A DNA stretch of 64,000 bases, from contig CAVQFQ010000021.1 of the NCBI GenBank assembly GCA_963711835.1, positions 1 through 64,000 on the forward strand. The letters run 5' to 3'. The translations under genes were made by a program, and so were the position numbers. Origin of the DNA: an uncultured delta proteobacterium. Lineage in GTDB: Bacteria; Desulfobacterota; RBG-13-43-22. This document shows, one piece after another, positions 1 to 9,524 of the stretch. The notes beneath the pieces were generated by a model. It searched no databases, had not been told where the DNA came from, and saw nothing but the letters and a program-made list of their open reading frames with translations. Positions within the stretch are counted from its first letter, which is position 1. Each line of letters starts with the position of its first letter.

Positions 1-1336
1 AACCCGTTTCCGGCGGTCTGCGGCCGTATCTGCATCCATCCCTGCGAATTCAAATGCCGCCGGGGGGAATTGGATTAGCCGGTGGCTATCCGATCCCTGA
101 AACGGTTTGCGGCCGATTGGTATTTTGAACATCTCCAAACGGCCCGGCAACCCTTTAGCAAAACCCAAAGGCAAAAGGTGGCCATTGTGGGCGCCGGGCC
201 GGCCGGCCTGACCTGTGCTTATTTCCTGGCCAAATCAGGCTACCCGGTAACGGTGTTCGAAGCCCAGTCGGTTGCCGGAGGGATGTTAGGGATTACGGTT
301 CCGGAATTCCGCCTTCCCCGGGAGATTATCCAGAAGGAAATCGACTACATTGAAAGCTGCGGGGTGGAAATCCGCTACAATTCCCCCATCAATGCCCGGC
401 ATACGGTTAATGACCTGAAAAAGGAAGGCTATAGCGCCATCTTTATTGCCGCTGGGGCCCAGTCCAGCAAGCGCATCGGCGTACCTGGAGAAGAAGAAGA
501 CCTGGAAGGGCTTTATTACGGTCTCCAATTCTTAAGCCAGGCCAAGACCGGCCAGGCCCCTGAACTGAAGGGCAAGGCCGTGGTCGTCGGAGGCGGCAAC
601 GTGGCCATCGATGTGGCTCGGACCGCCTTGCGCTTGGGGGCGGAGGAGGTCCTGCTTTACTGCTTGGAGGCCCGCCAGGAGATGCCGGCCTGGGAAAAAG
701 AAATTCACGAGGCCATCGAGGAGGGGATCATCATTCATCCTTCCTGGGGCCCGGTTCAGATCCTTCAGGAGGAAAGAAAGGTCACCGGTATCACCTTCAG
801 GCGCTGCCTGGCGGTTTTTGATTCCGAAGGCCGTTTCAAACCGACCTTCGATCCGGATATCACCCGGACCGTGGAGGCCGATACGGTCATCATTTCCATC
901 GGTCAGGCCCCGGACCTCTCTTTCCTCTCCGAGGACAGCCAACTGGAAAGGGCCCTCTGGGGAACCCTGGAGATCAATGACAATACCCTCAGCACCAATA
1001 TCCCGGGTATCTTTGCCGGAAGGGGACTTTACTACCGGTCCGACCTTTGTCATCCGGGCTATCGGGTCGGGACGCAGGGCCGCCGTCTCCATCGACCAGT
1101 ACCTTCAGGGCGTGCAGGGGCCGGTTCAACTGCCGGATGAAAAAACCGAGATGAAGGAAGGGTCACTCCTGGCCCTGGAAGAGGAATCCACCCCGGCCAG
1201 GCCCAGGATCAAAATCACCCTGGAGGACCCCGGGGTGCGCATCAAAGATTTCCGGGAAGTTGAACGAGGCTTAGATGAATCCCAGGCCCAGCAGGAGGCC
1301 CGCAGATGTCTCCGCTGTGACCTGGAAACAAAATAG
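1..1336 (+). CDS. GltD/NfnB-like FAD/NAD(P)-dependent Fe-S oxidoreductase, 5' end outside the window; in-frame TAG at 76-78 and a frameshift near 1020
   Basis: Frame 1 from base 1 reads NPFPAVCGRICIHPCEFKCRRGELD*PVAIRSLKRF, then GAGPAG and GGGNVA Rossmann motifs. The C-terminus (GDFTTGP...EARRCLRCD) continues in the frame of ORF 611..1336. Paralogous to 49117..50838. Confidence 0.85.
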
Positions 1337-1345
1337 GAGAATGCC

Positions 1346-2008
1346 ATGATCCGGTCTATTACACGTCAGAAAACCGAAGCAGAGATTGATCAGCTTTTAG
1401 AGGGCCTGGGCAGGATTTTTATCATCGGCTGCGGAACCTGTGTGACCCTCTGCCGAACCGGGGGAGAACCCGAGGTCAGGGAGATGAAGGACAAGCTCTC
1501 CAAAAAAGGGAAAATGGTGACCGGAACCCTGATCTTGCCGGTGGCCTGTGACAACCTGACCGAAGAGGCCCTTAAGGAATTCAGCCCCCAGATCAGCCAG
1601 GCCAACGCCCTGCTGATCATGACCTGTGCCTTCGGAGTTCAAACCGTAGCCCGTCAGCTGGTCTTGCCGGTCATACCGGCCCTGGATACCCTGTTTATCG
1701 GCAAGGAAAAGGGACTGGGGCAGTTTGACGAAATCTGTACCCAGTGCGGGGAATGCGTCCTGGGCCAAACCGGAGGCATCTGCCCGGTGACTTCCTGTCA
1801 TAAGGGGATGGTCAACGGCCCCTGCGGCGGCACCAACAACGGCAAGTGTGAAATCGATCCCGAAAAGGACTGTGCCTGGACCTTGATCCACCGCCGCCTG
1901 GAAGAGCTGGGTCAATTACATCTGATGAAGCGTTACCAGGGGCCGCGCAATCATCAAAAAGAACCCAAGCCCGGAAAATATTTTGTCCCCTTGGGAGAAA
2001 GGAGTTAA
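1346..2008 (+). CDS. metV: Methylene-THF reductase accessory Fe-S/Zn subunit (MTHFR C-terminal domain protein, MetV-like)
   Basis: GCGTCVTLC, CTQCGEC...CPVTSCHKGMVNGPCGG...CEID...CAW cysteine pattern; directly upstream of metF. Confidence 0.85.
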   Translation: MIRSITRQKTEAEIDQLLEGLGRIFIIGCGTCVTLCRTGGEPEVREMKDKLSKKGKMVTGTLILPVACDNLTEEALKEFSPQISQANALLIMTCAFGVQTVARQLVLPVIPALDTLFIGKEKGLGQFDEICTQCGECVLGQTGGICPVTSCHKGMVNGPCGGTNNGKCEIDPEKDCAWTLIHRRLEELGQLHLMKRYQGPRNHQKEPKPGKYFVPLGERS

Positions 2009-2012
2009 GGTC

Positions 2013-2897
2013 ATGGCTCACCCTTTTCGTCAGACCCTGCAATCCGGTAAGTTCGTCATTACCAGTGAAGTCGGCCCTCCTAAGGGTACCAATTTGGACA
2101 AGATGATTCATCACATTGACCTCTTGAAGGACAAGGTGGATGCCCTTAACCTGACCGACCACCAGAGTTCGGTGATGCGTTTTCCTTCGCTCGGGGCGGC
2201 CCTGATCGTCAAGGAAAGGGGCGGGGAACCCATCCTGCAGATGACCTGCCGGGATCGTAACCGCCTGGCCCTGCAGGCCGACCTCCTTTTCGCCTATCAA
2301 CGGGGCATCACGAATGTCCTCTGTTTGACCGGCGACTCCATTGTCGTCGGGGACCATAAAACCGCCAAAGCGGTTTTCGACCTCGACTCCAGCCAGTTGC
2401 TGGCCACGATCCGCAGCCTGGAAAAGGGCAGGGACCTGGGCGGGAGCGATCTGGACGGCGCCGTAGAATTTTGTGCCGGCGCCATCGTTACCCCGGAGGC
2501 CAACCCTCTGGAACCGCAACTCATCAAATTCGAAAAAAAGATCGAGGCCGGGGCCGAGTTCATCCAGACCCAGGCCGTATATGATCTGGATAAATTTGCC
2601 CGCTTCATGAAGTATGCCCGGCAATTCCCGGTCAAGATCCTGGCCGGGGTCATCCTGCTGACCTCGGCCCGGATGGCCCAGTACATGAACAAAAACGTCC
2701 CGGGCGTTTTTGTTCCCCAAAACCTGATTGATGAAATGGCCGGGGCCCCCAAGGGACAGGCCCTGGCCAAAGGCATTGAAATCACCGGCCGGATGATCCG
2801 GCAGATTAAAGAGGAAAAGATCTGCGACGGGGTCCATATTATGGCCATCGGTAAGGAAGAGGTGGTGCCGGATATTTTAAAGGCCGCGGGAATTTGA
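2013..2897 (+). CDS. metF: 5,10-methylenetetrahydrofolate reductase
   Basis: EVGPPKG, CRDRNRLALQADL, LCLTGD, QTQAVYD, GVHIMAIG motifs; ATG at 2013 after AGGAG. Confidence 0.92.
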   Translation: MAHPFRQTLQSGKFVITSEVGPPKGTNLDKMIHHIDLLKDKVDALNLTDHQSSVMRFPSLGAALIVKERGGEPILQMTCRDRNRLALQADLLFAYQRGITNVLCLTGDSIVVGDHKTAKAVFDLDSSQLLATIRSLEKGRDLGGSDLDGAVEFCAGAIVTPEANPLEPQLIKFEKKIEAGAEFIQTQAVYDLDKFARFMKYARQFPVKILAGVILLTSARMAQYMNKNVPGVFVPQNLIDEMAGAPKGQALAKGIEITGRMIRQIKEEKICDGVHIMAIGKEEVVPDILKAAGI

Positions 2898-2944
2898 ACG
2901 GGCATGGGGCCTAGCGCAAGGCGAGATGAACGAAAGGAGTTTTT

Positions 2945-3331
2945 ATGGACAAGAAAAGGATTTTAATCGTCGATGACGACCCCGACCTGGTGGAAACCGT
3001 CAGCATGATGCTGGAGGCCAGGGGGTTTGCTCCCATACCGGCCTATGGCGGACTGGAGGGATTGGATAAGGCCCGGCAGGAAAGACCGGATCTGATCGTC
3101 CTGGACGTCATGATGCCGGATAAGGACGGCTACGCAGTCTGCAACGAGCTCAAGAAAGACCCGGTCTTAGGGGAGATTCCGATCATTTTGCTGACGGCCG
3201 TGGGGGACCATATCGCCACGACCACCTATACCTTGCGCGGCGGCATGGAAACCCTGGCCGATGATTTTTTCCAGAAACCGGTCGATACCCAGGCCCTGGT
3301 GCGGCGAATCGGCGAATTGCTGCAACCTTAA
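2945..3331 (+). CDS. Single-domain response regulator receiver (CheY-like)
   Basis: ILIVDDD, LDVMMP (phospho-Asp), LLTA, QKP motifs; AAGGAG RBS. Confidence 0.9.
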   Translation: MDKKRILIVDDDPDLVETVSMMLEARGFAPIPAYGGLEGLDKARQERPDLIVLDVMMPDKDGYAVCNELKKDPVLGEIPIILLTAVGDHIATTTYTLRGGMETLADDFFQKPVDTQALVRRIGELLQP

Positions 3332-3377
3332 GTTTTTTCTTTAGCGGGGCTTTGAATTGGTTTCTAACCAAAAATTT

Positions 3378-3626
3378 AAATATTTGTAACACTTTAGGTG
3401 TTTGAAAATTTGTCAAAGCTAATTTTTCTTGGCACGGATTACACGGATAAACACGGTTGAGTTAAGAAAGGGATTGGCAACCTTGCCAATCCCTTGCCTT
3501 CCGGCCTCCGGCGGCTGGATGATTTTTCCCCCTGCGGTCCTTCCGCAGGGGGAAAATAAAGCATCAGTGGAATCCGTGAAATCCGTGCCAAAAATTTTAT
3601 AAAAAGCTAAATTGATACAAATATTT
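3378..3626. repeat. Nested palindromic intergenic element
   Basis: Outer IR AAATATTTGTA/TACAAATATTT; inner IR TTGGCACGGATTACACGGAT/ATCCGTGAAATCCGTGCCAA; internal hairpins AAGGGATTGGCAA-cc-TTGCCAATCCCTT and TTTTCCCCCTGCGG...CCGCAGGGGGAAAA. Lies between convergent genes. Confidence 0.8.
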
Positions 3627-3630
3627 TTGG

Positions 3631-5238
3631 TTAGGTTTCAGGGGGTCCGGCCTTCCGGACCTTGGCCGAAACCTTGGAGGCGTACTGTTTGAAGTTTTCC
3701 CGAAAACGGGCCGCCAGCTCCCTGGCTTTCAGGTCATAGTCCCCGGGTTTTTTCCAGGTGGAACGGGTCGCCAGGATTTCCTTGGGAACCCCGGCGCAAT
3801 AGGCCGGGACCCGAAGATTGAAAACGGGATCCAATTCCATAGGCACATCATCCAACCCTCCCTTTAAGGCTTGATGGATCATGGCCCGGGTATGGGCGAT
3901 TTTGATCCGTTGGCCGACTCCGAAAGGTCCTCCGGTAAGACCGGTATTGACCAGCCAGCAGTTTACCTGATGTTCTTTAATCCGGTCCCCGAGAAGACCG
4001 GAATAGACCGTAGGGGGCAGGGCCATAAAAGGGGCTCCGAAACAGGTGCTGAAGGTGGCCTGGGGTTCCTGGCCCAGGCCTTTTTCCGTTCCGGCCACTT
4101 TGGCCGTATAGCCCGTCAGAAACTGGTACATGGCCTGTTCCTGGGTCAGCTTGGCAATCGGGGGGAGCACCCCGAAGGCATCAAAGGTCAGCATAATAAC
4201 GTTCCGGGGATGCCCGCCCACCCCGGAACGGAGGGCCTTCTGGATATGGCTGATGGGATAGGCGGCCCGGGTATTTTCAGTATAGGTGCCGTCATTTAAA
4301 TCGATACGGCGCGTTTCCTGATCGATGGCGACATTTTCCAGAATGGTTCCAAACTTCCGGGTGCACGCGTAGATGTCGGGCTCGGCTTCCAGGGAGAGCC
4401 GGATTACTTTGGCATAACAACCTCCTTCAAAATTAAAAACCCCTTTGTCACTCCAGCCGTGTTCATCATCCCCGATCAGGTAACGATCCGGATCGGCCGA
4501 AAGGGTGGTTTTACCGGTACCGGATAGACCGAAGAAGACGGCCACGTCCCCTCCTTCCCCGACATTGGCCGAACAGTGCATGGAGAGGACTTTTTCCTGG
4601 GGGTAGAGGTAATTGAGCACGGTAAAGACCGACTTTTTTATTTCACCGGCATAGCTGGTCCCTCCAATAATAATCAAGCGCTTCCCAAAGTTAACGACAA
4701 TAAAGGCTTCCGAGTTGGTGCCGTCCCTTTCGGGATCGGCATGGAAGCGGGGTACGTTGATGATGGTAAATTTGGGAACATGCCGGGCATAGGTGTCGGG
4801 TTCTTTGAGTTGGATAAACATATTCCTGGAAAAGAGGTTATGCCAGGCGCTTTCGGTAATAATCCGGATGGGTACCTGGTATTTGGGGTCTGCTCCCACA
4901 TGGCAATCCTGGACAAAAATGTCTTTTCCCTGGAGGTAGGCCAGCAGCTTGGAATTGAGCATCTCAAACTTCTCCGCTTCCATAGGAACGTTTACCGGAC
5001 TCCACCAGATCTTGTCGGCCGTCGATTTTTCCCTGACGATCCTCTTGTCATTTGGTGAGCGGCCGGTATGATGGCCGGTCCTGACCACAATCGGCCCTAA
5101 ATGGCCGATGACGCCCTCTCGCCTGCGGACCACCTGTTCATAGAGCTCGGGGGTGGTTAAATTCCAATAGATGTTACCGGCGTTTTTTATCCCATGGTGT
5201 TCCAGCCCGTATTGCGGGGTCCGGTTTCCGTGGTCCAT
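3631..5238 (-). CDS. pckA: Phosphoenolpyruvate carboxykinase (ATP)
   Basis: TGRSPNDK, YAGEIKKSVF, FFGLSGTGKTTLS, LIGDDEHGW, FNFEGGCYAK, TENTRAAYP motifs; start 5238 after AGGAGGAGG. Confidence 0.96.
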   Translation of the reverse strand: MDHGNRTPQYGLEHHGIKNAGNIYWNLTTPELYEQVVRRREGVIGHLGPIVVRTGHHTGRSPNDKRIVREKSTADKIWWSPVNVPMEAEKFEMLNSKLLAYLQGKDIFVQDCHVGADPKYQVPIRIITESAWHNLFSRNMFIQLKEPDTYARHVPKFTIINVPRFHADPERDGTNSEAFIVVNFGKRLIIIGGTSYAGEIKKSVFTVLNYLYPQEKVLSMHCSANVGEGGDVAVFFGLSGTGKTTLSADPDRYLIGDDEHGWSDKGVFNFEGGCYAKVIRLSLEAEPDIYACTRKFGTILENVAIDQETRRIDLNDGTYTENTRAAYPISHIQKALRSGVGGHPRNVIMLTFDAFGVLPPIAKLTQEQAMYQFLTGYTAKVAGTEKGLGQEPQATFSTCFGAPFMALPPTVYSGLLGDRIKEHQVNCWLVNTGLTGGPFGVGQRIKIAHTRAMIHQALKGGLDDVPMELDPVFNLRVPAYCAGVPKEILATRSTWKKPGDYDLKARELAARFRENFKQYASKVSAKVRKAGPPET

Positions 5239-5422
5239 AGTCCTCCTCCTTGGTCGGCTCATTGCCGAGAGTCGGCTTCAATACCCTGTGATTCGGTATT
5301 ATAGATTAAGAAGGCCGCCCGATTCTATATAAATTTTGGGCCTCAAACCTCTTACCTCCAACCGGTAATTATTCCATCTCTTTATTGACAATCCGGGCCA
5401 TCTGTGGAATTATTCCTTCCGG

Positions 5423-5497
5423 GCCGGCGTAGCTCAGGGGTAGAGCAGCTGATTCGTAATCAGCAGGTCGCGGGTTCGAATCCCATCGCCGGCTCCA
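5423..5497 (+). tRNA. tRNA-Thr (anticodon CGT)
   Basis: Acceptor stem GCCGGCG/CGCCGGC, anticodon arm GCTGA-TTCGTAA-TCAGC, T-loop TTCGAAT, encoded CCA. Confidence 0.95.
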
Positions 5498-5574
5498 CTT
5501 AAATTCAAGAAGCCCAGCATATTTTTCTTTTCTTTTTTTGTCTAACCTCAATTTGGGGAGGATAAATGAAACTT

Positions 5575-5612
5575 AAAGGCCCTGCCTTATAATCAAGGGG
5601 CAGGGCCTTTTT
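5575..5612 (+). terminator. Rho-independent terminator after the tRNA
   Basis: AAAGGCCCTGCC...GGCAGGGCCTTT stem followed by T run. Confidence 0.7.
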
Positions 5613-5845
5613 GATTTTTAAGTAGCCGGCTTTTCAGGCACCTGTTCTGAGAAGCTTTAATGATCCTGTTTTTGATACCCTCTAAAGAGTATGAGCTGTC
5701 AGCTCTGAGCTGTCAGCTTAACCCCAATTCCTTTGCCCGAACTGGTCGGGAAATTCGCCGGAAACGAGTTTTATCAAGGCAAATGTGACTGGAGGCGGAT
5801 ATGGAAACGTTGGCGCCGTCTGAGTCTGTGGAGTAGATAATTTTC

Positions 5846-5874
5846 TTGACCAGGGAAAATTATTCGGATAAATT
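5846..5874 (+). promoter_or_regulatory. Sigma70-type promoter, probably near-leaderless transcript
   Basis: TTGACC-17 bp-TAAATT, 9 nt before the ATG at 5884, with no Shine-Dalgarno. Confidence 0.45.
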
Positions 5875-5883
5875 CCTATTATT

Positions 5884-7023
5884 ATGAAAATTAAAAACAG
5901 ACTGTTTGAGCTTAATCTGCCCCCCGGGAAGTCCGCTTTCCTTTGGGGCCCTCGCAAGGTCGGCAAAACCTATTGGATCACCCACCACCTGGTCGGGGCC
6001 GAGATTATTGATTTGCTGAAGACCGATGTTTTTGCGGAATACATCTCCCGCCCGGCGTTGCTCCGAGAGCGCTATCAGAATCACCGGGGACTGCTGGTTA
6101 TCGATGAAGTCCAAAAAGCCCCGGCCCTCCTGGATGAAGTCCACTGGCTGATTGAAAACACGACCCTTTCTTTTTTATTGACCGGTTCCAGTGCCCGTAA
6201 ACTACGGCGCGGACATGCCAATCTCCTGGGAGGCCGAGCCTGGCGTAGAACCCTGACCCCTCTGTCCTATATGGAGGTAACCGGGTTTAACCTGGAACGC
6301 GTTATGTTTTCCGGGCTGCTCCCGCCCCACTACCTCTCACCCGACCCGATTGAAGATTTACGCTCTTATGTGGCCGATTATTTAAAAGAAGAGGTGGTCG
6401 CGGAAGCGCTCACCCAAAACATCCCGGCCTTCAGTGAATTCATGCGGGTGGCGGCGATCACTTCCAGCGAGCTCATCAATTACGTCAACATCGCCAGAGA
6501 AACAGGCGTTTCGCATAAAGTCATACGGACTTATTTCGACATCCTGGAAGATACCTATCTGGGATTCAGAATACCACCCTGGAAGAAATCGAAAAATCGG
6601 CGAATGATCACCACCGAAAAGTTTTATTTGTTCGACGTGGGGGTAGCCAACTATCTGGCCAGACGCCAACCCAAAATCGGAAGTCCGGAATTCGGCAAAG
6701 CTTTTGAACACTATATTTTGATGGAATTAAAAGCGTATCAGGCCTACCGAAATCCCGATTGGCCCATTACTTTCTGGCGGACTTCAACCGGCCGTGAGGT
6801 TGACTTCCTCCTCGGGGACAAGGAGCTGGCGATAGAAATTAAAGGCTCCTCCCGCGTCCACGAAGGCGATATCGGCGGGCTACAAGCCCTTCTGGAAGAC
6901 GGACCGGTAAAAAAATGCTGTATCGTCTGCCTGGAAAAACAGCCTCGCCGGCTGGCAAAAAATATTGAGGTGATACCCTGGCCCCAGTTTATTGAACGGT
7001 TATGGGCCGGTGAATTTAAATAG
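5884..7023 (+). CDS. AAA_14 ATPase with DUF4143 C-terminal domain
   Basis: GPRKVGKT Walker A, IDEVQK Walker B, LTGSSA, LLGGRA, KFYLFDVG, EVDFLL...AIEIK nuclease-like tail. Confidence 0.88.
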   Translation: MKIKNRLFELNLPPGKSAFLWGPRKVGKTYWITHHLVGAEIIDLLKTDVFAEYISRPALLRERYQNHRGLLVIDEVQKAPALLDEVHWLIENTTLSFLLTGSSARKLRRGHANLLGGRAWRRTLTPLSYMEVTGFNLERVMFSGLLPPHYLSPDPIEDLRSYVADYLKEEVVAEALTQNIPAFSEFMRVAAITSSELINYVNIARETGVSHKVIRTYFDILEDTYLGFRIPPWKKSKNRRMITTEKFYLFDVGVANYLARRQPKIGSPEFGKAFEHYILMELKAYQAYRNPDWPITFWRTSTGREVDFLLGDKELAIEIKGSSRVHEGDIGGLQALLEDGPVKKCCIVCLEKQPRRLAKNIEVIPWPQFIERLWAGEFK

Positions 7024-7143
7024 AATGTCTATGCAAAAGGGTGGCCGCCGCTCCGGCCGCGGGCTGCGGTAGATCAAGCCGTGGCTATGCTTTCGACTGT
7101 GGAGAGGCCACAAGTCAACGAACTCAATAAGGTCCCGTTTACC

Positions 7144-7223
7144 CTGATGGCCCAGCCAGAGCAGCCAGAAAGAAAATCGGCTTTCTGGCCAGGGAGCCCA
7201 GGGCAAAATATGGCAGGAAATGA
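7144..7223 (+). pseudogene. Orphan duplicate of the 3' end of the ORF6N gene
   Basis: 7176-7224 matches 7818-7866 with one mismatch (encodes IGFLAREPRAKYGRK*). Confidence 0.8.
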
Positions 7224-7322
7224 TTCAAGGACCTGGAGTTTTTGTTGAGGCCGGAAATGGTTGCTAAAAGAAGCAACTCCTGCACCAACGCTCTACTGAA
7301 AAGAGGCTAAGAGGAAAATACC

Positions 7323-7865
7323 ATGGATAGCCTTGTCCCGACAGAAGTAATTGAAAACAAAATACTTTTAATTCGCAGTCAAAAGGTAATGCTCGATGCC
7401 GATCTGGCCGAATTATACGGTATACCTACAAAGGCATTAAATCAGGCAGTAAGAAGAAATATAAAGCGTTTTCCAGCCGATTTTATGTTTCAATTGACTG
7501 GCGACGAAAAGCTGAAACTGGTCACAATTTGTGACCGGTTCGTCCGTTTAAAACATTCAACTTCTCCTCCTTTTGCCTTTACCGAGCAGGGAGTAGCTAT
7601 GTTGTCCAGTATTCTCAACAGCGAAAGGGCCATTGAAGTCAACATCGCCATCATGCGGGTATTCGTTCGCCTTCGCCGATTAATGGTTTCTCATCGAACT
7701 CTGGCCAGCAAGCTAAAGGAATTGGAGGATCGCATCCATGATCACGATGAAAAGATCGTTGCAGTTTTTGAGGCCCTCCGGCAGCTCATGGCCCCGCCCG
7801 AGCGGCCCCGAAAAAAGATCGGCTTTCTGGCCAGGGAGCCCAGGGCTAAATATGGCAGGAAATGA
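7323..7865 (+). CDS. ORF6N (KilA-N-like) DNA-binding domain protein
   Basis: IRSQKVMLDADLAELYG...NQAVRRNIKRFPADFMFQL...FAFTEQGVAMLSSILNS...KKIGF signature. Confidence 0.92.
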   Translation: MDSLVPTEVIENKILLIRSQKVMLDADLAELYGIPTKALNQAVRRNIKRFPADFMFQLTGDEKLKLVTICDRFVRLKHSTSPPFAFTEQGVAMLSSILNSERAIEVNIAIMRVFVRLRRLMVSHRTLASKLKELEDRIHDHDEKIVAVFEALRQLMAPPERPRKKIGFLAREPRAKYGRK

Positions 7866-7933
7866 TCCCTTCTTTCCCTCTCCCCACCGTGGGAGAGGGG
7901 CGGGGGGGTGAGGGGGGACAAGGTAGACCGGGC

Positions 7934-7984
7934 CCCACACAGGCCAATTCGTGAGGCGGATAATAATGCAACTTAGAACCAACG
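7934..7984 (+). repeat. 51-bp direct repeat, copy 1 (copy 2 at 9106-9156)
   Basis: CCCACACAGGCCAATTCGTGAGGCGGATAATAATGCAACTTAGAACCAACG is identical at both positions. Confidence 0.9.
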
Positions 7985-8023
7985 GTCTACGGATATCCAC
8001 ATCAAAATTGATATTGATCTTTC

Positions 8024-8394
8024 ATGGAATTCAGTATAGAATTTTTTGAAACTATCTCGGGGGGCTGTCCTGTCCGGGAATTTCTGGAATCCCTCAAGGT
8101 GTCGGACCCGGATGACTTTGCCTCGGTGATGGCCGGGATAACCAAACTGCGAAACCGGGATTGCCATCGGCCCCCGTTATCCAAACCGCTGGGCAAAGAT
8201 ATGTTCGAGCTTCGCCATGTGGGCAAATTGAATACCCGGATTATTTATTTCTTCGCTGGAGGCAGGCGAATAATTCTTATCCACGGAATTCGAAACAAGG
8301 GCTGGGGAGTCCCGAAAGAGATAGTATTGTGGCTGTAAAAAGGAAAAATGAATGGGAAGCTGGAAACAAGCATGAAAAGAAAAACCAACTTTGA
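8024..8394 (+). CDS. RelE/ParE-family (HigB/Gp49-like) toxin, apparent frameshift near 8315
   Basis: PVREFLESL, KPLGKDMFELR, RIIYFF...IILIHG; typical tail (RDSIVAVKRKNEW) is in another frame and overlaps the antitoxin start. Confidence 0.8.
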
Positions 8395-8722
8395 GAATTA
8401 TCTGGAAAAGCAGTTGCAGGATCAGGATTTTGCCGAGCGGTTTAAAAAGGCCGGCCGGGCCTGGGAGGTGGCCCTTCAGTTAGCTGCGCTTCGCCAACAA
8501 TCGGGGCTTTCCCAGAAAGAATTGGCCCGGAAGATAGGCACCACCCAACAGCAGATCAGCCGACTGGAATCCCCGTCCTATGAAGGGCACTCTTTGAGCA
8601 TGATCCGTCGGGTGGCGGAGGCATTAGGGGCCTCTATTCGGATTGAAATTGAACCCATGGAGATGGGGAGGAAATGTTCAGTGGCGGATAAGCGAACACC
8701 CTATCGGATGAAATCGGCATAA
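8372..8722 (+). CDS. XRE-family HTH antitoxin (HigA-like)
   Basis: LRQQSGLSQKELARKIGTTQQQISRLES HTH; directly downstream of the toxin. Confidence 0.85.
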   Translation: MKRKTNFENYLEKQLQDQDFAERFKKAGRAWEVALQLAALRQQSGLSQKELARKIGTTQQQISRLESPSYEGHSLSMIRRVAEALGASIRIEIEPMEMGRKCSVADKRTPYRMKSA

Positions 8723-9105
8723 CAGCTTGATCCAGGATCCGGAGCTTATCCCCCTTTTCCTGTCACGGCGGGAAATCCTTCTTAGGTCAGCCGCAGGAGT
8801 AATGGGGGTGATAACGTCATCCCGGACTCGATCCGGGATCCAGGTCCTGGAGTGATCCTTCTTGCCGGCCGGTATCTCCGGTTCCAAAAATAGCTATTGG
8901 GGGCAGGGAGTTGGATTAGTAGGGGTCACCAAAAGGTTATAGAAAAAAATACAAACGAAGGTCAATGAATTCAACAAGGTCCCGGATTCCGTCCCCGCGC
9001 AGAGGGTGGGGGGGTCATGTCAAATGTCAAGGCCTGGCACGGATATCATTCTCTCCGCAATACGGGAGAGTAGCGGGGAGGGGAGGGGGGGGGGTGATGC
9101 CTTGG

Positions 9106-9156
9106 CCCACACAGGCCAATTCGTGAGGCGGATAATAATGCAACTTAGAACCAACG
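9106..9156 (+). repeat. 51-bp direct repeat, copy 2
   Basis: Identical to 7934-7984. Confidence 0.9.
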
Positions 9157-9524
9157 TCCCGGTCTAAGATAATCCGTCTGGCCAATTGTTTTTGGGGAGG
9201 ATTCCCTTTCGGCTATCTTCCCAAGCCAGTTTTTATTTATTCTTATGATTAAAAAATTAGATTTTGAGCAACAGGCCCTCAAGACCTGGCACGGATATCT
9301 TTACTAACTGAGATCTATGAACCCGGCAGCATGGTTTCTGAGAATCGGGAGGCTTACAACCTTCGAGCTTGATTCCTTCAAGACTCATGAATTGATTGCT
9401 AAGACTTAGAGATTTACGCCTAACCCGATCCCATGTTCGGGGGTTGGGGGGAACGGTCACCGTAAATAAACTGGATTTTCTGAGACTTAAAAATTGCATC
9501 ATGGGTTTCAGATAGGGAAAGCTG

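Noticed and set aside
1812-2837. Long antisense ORFs (also 42017..42931, 43806..44645, 45267..46376, 52506..53300)
   Set aside because: Shadows of well-supported GC-rich genes on the other strand, with no motifs of their own.
5369-5551. 60-aa ORF containing WSRRWDSNPRPADYES
   Set aside because: Antisense translation of the tRNA.
9285-9305. TGGCAC as a sigma-54 promoter for the helicase
   Set aside because: No GC at -12; it is part of a CAAG(G/A)CCTGGCACGGATATC motif repeated near 9028.
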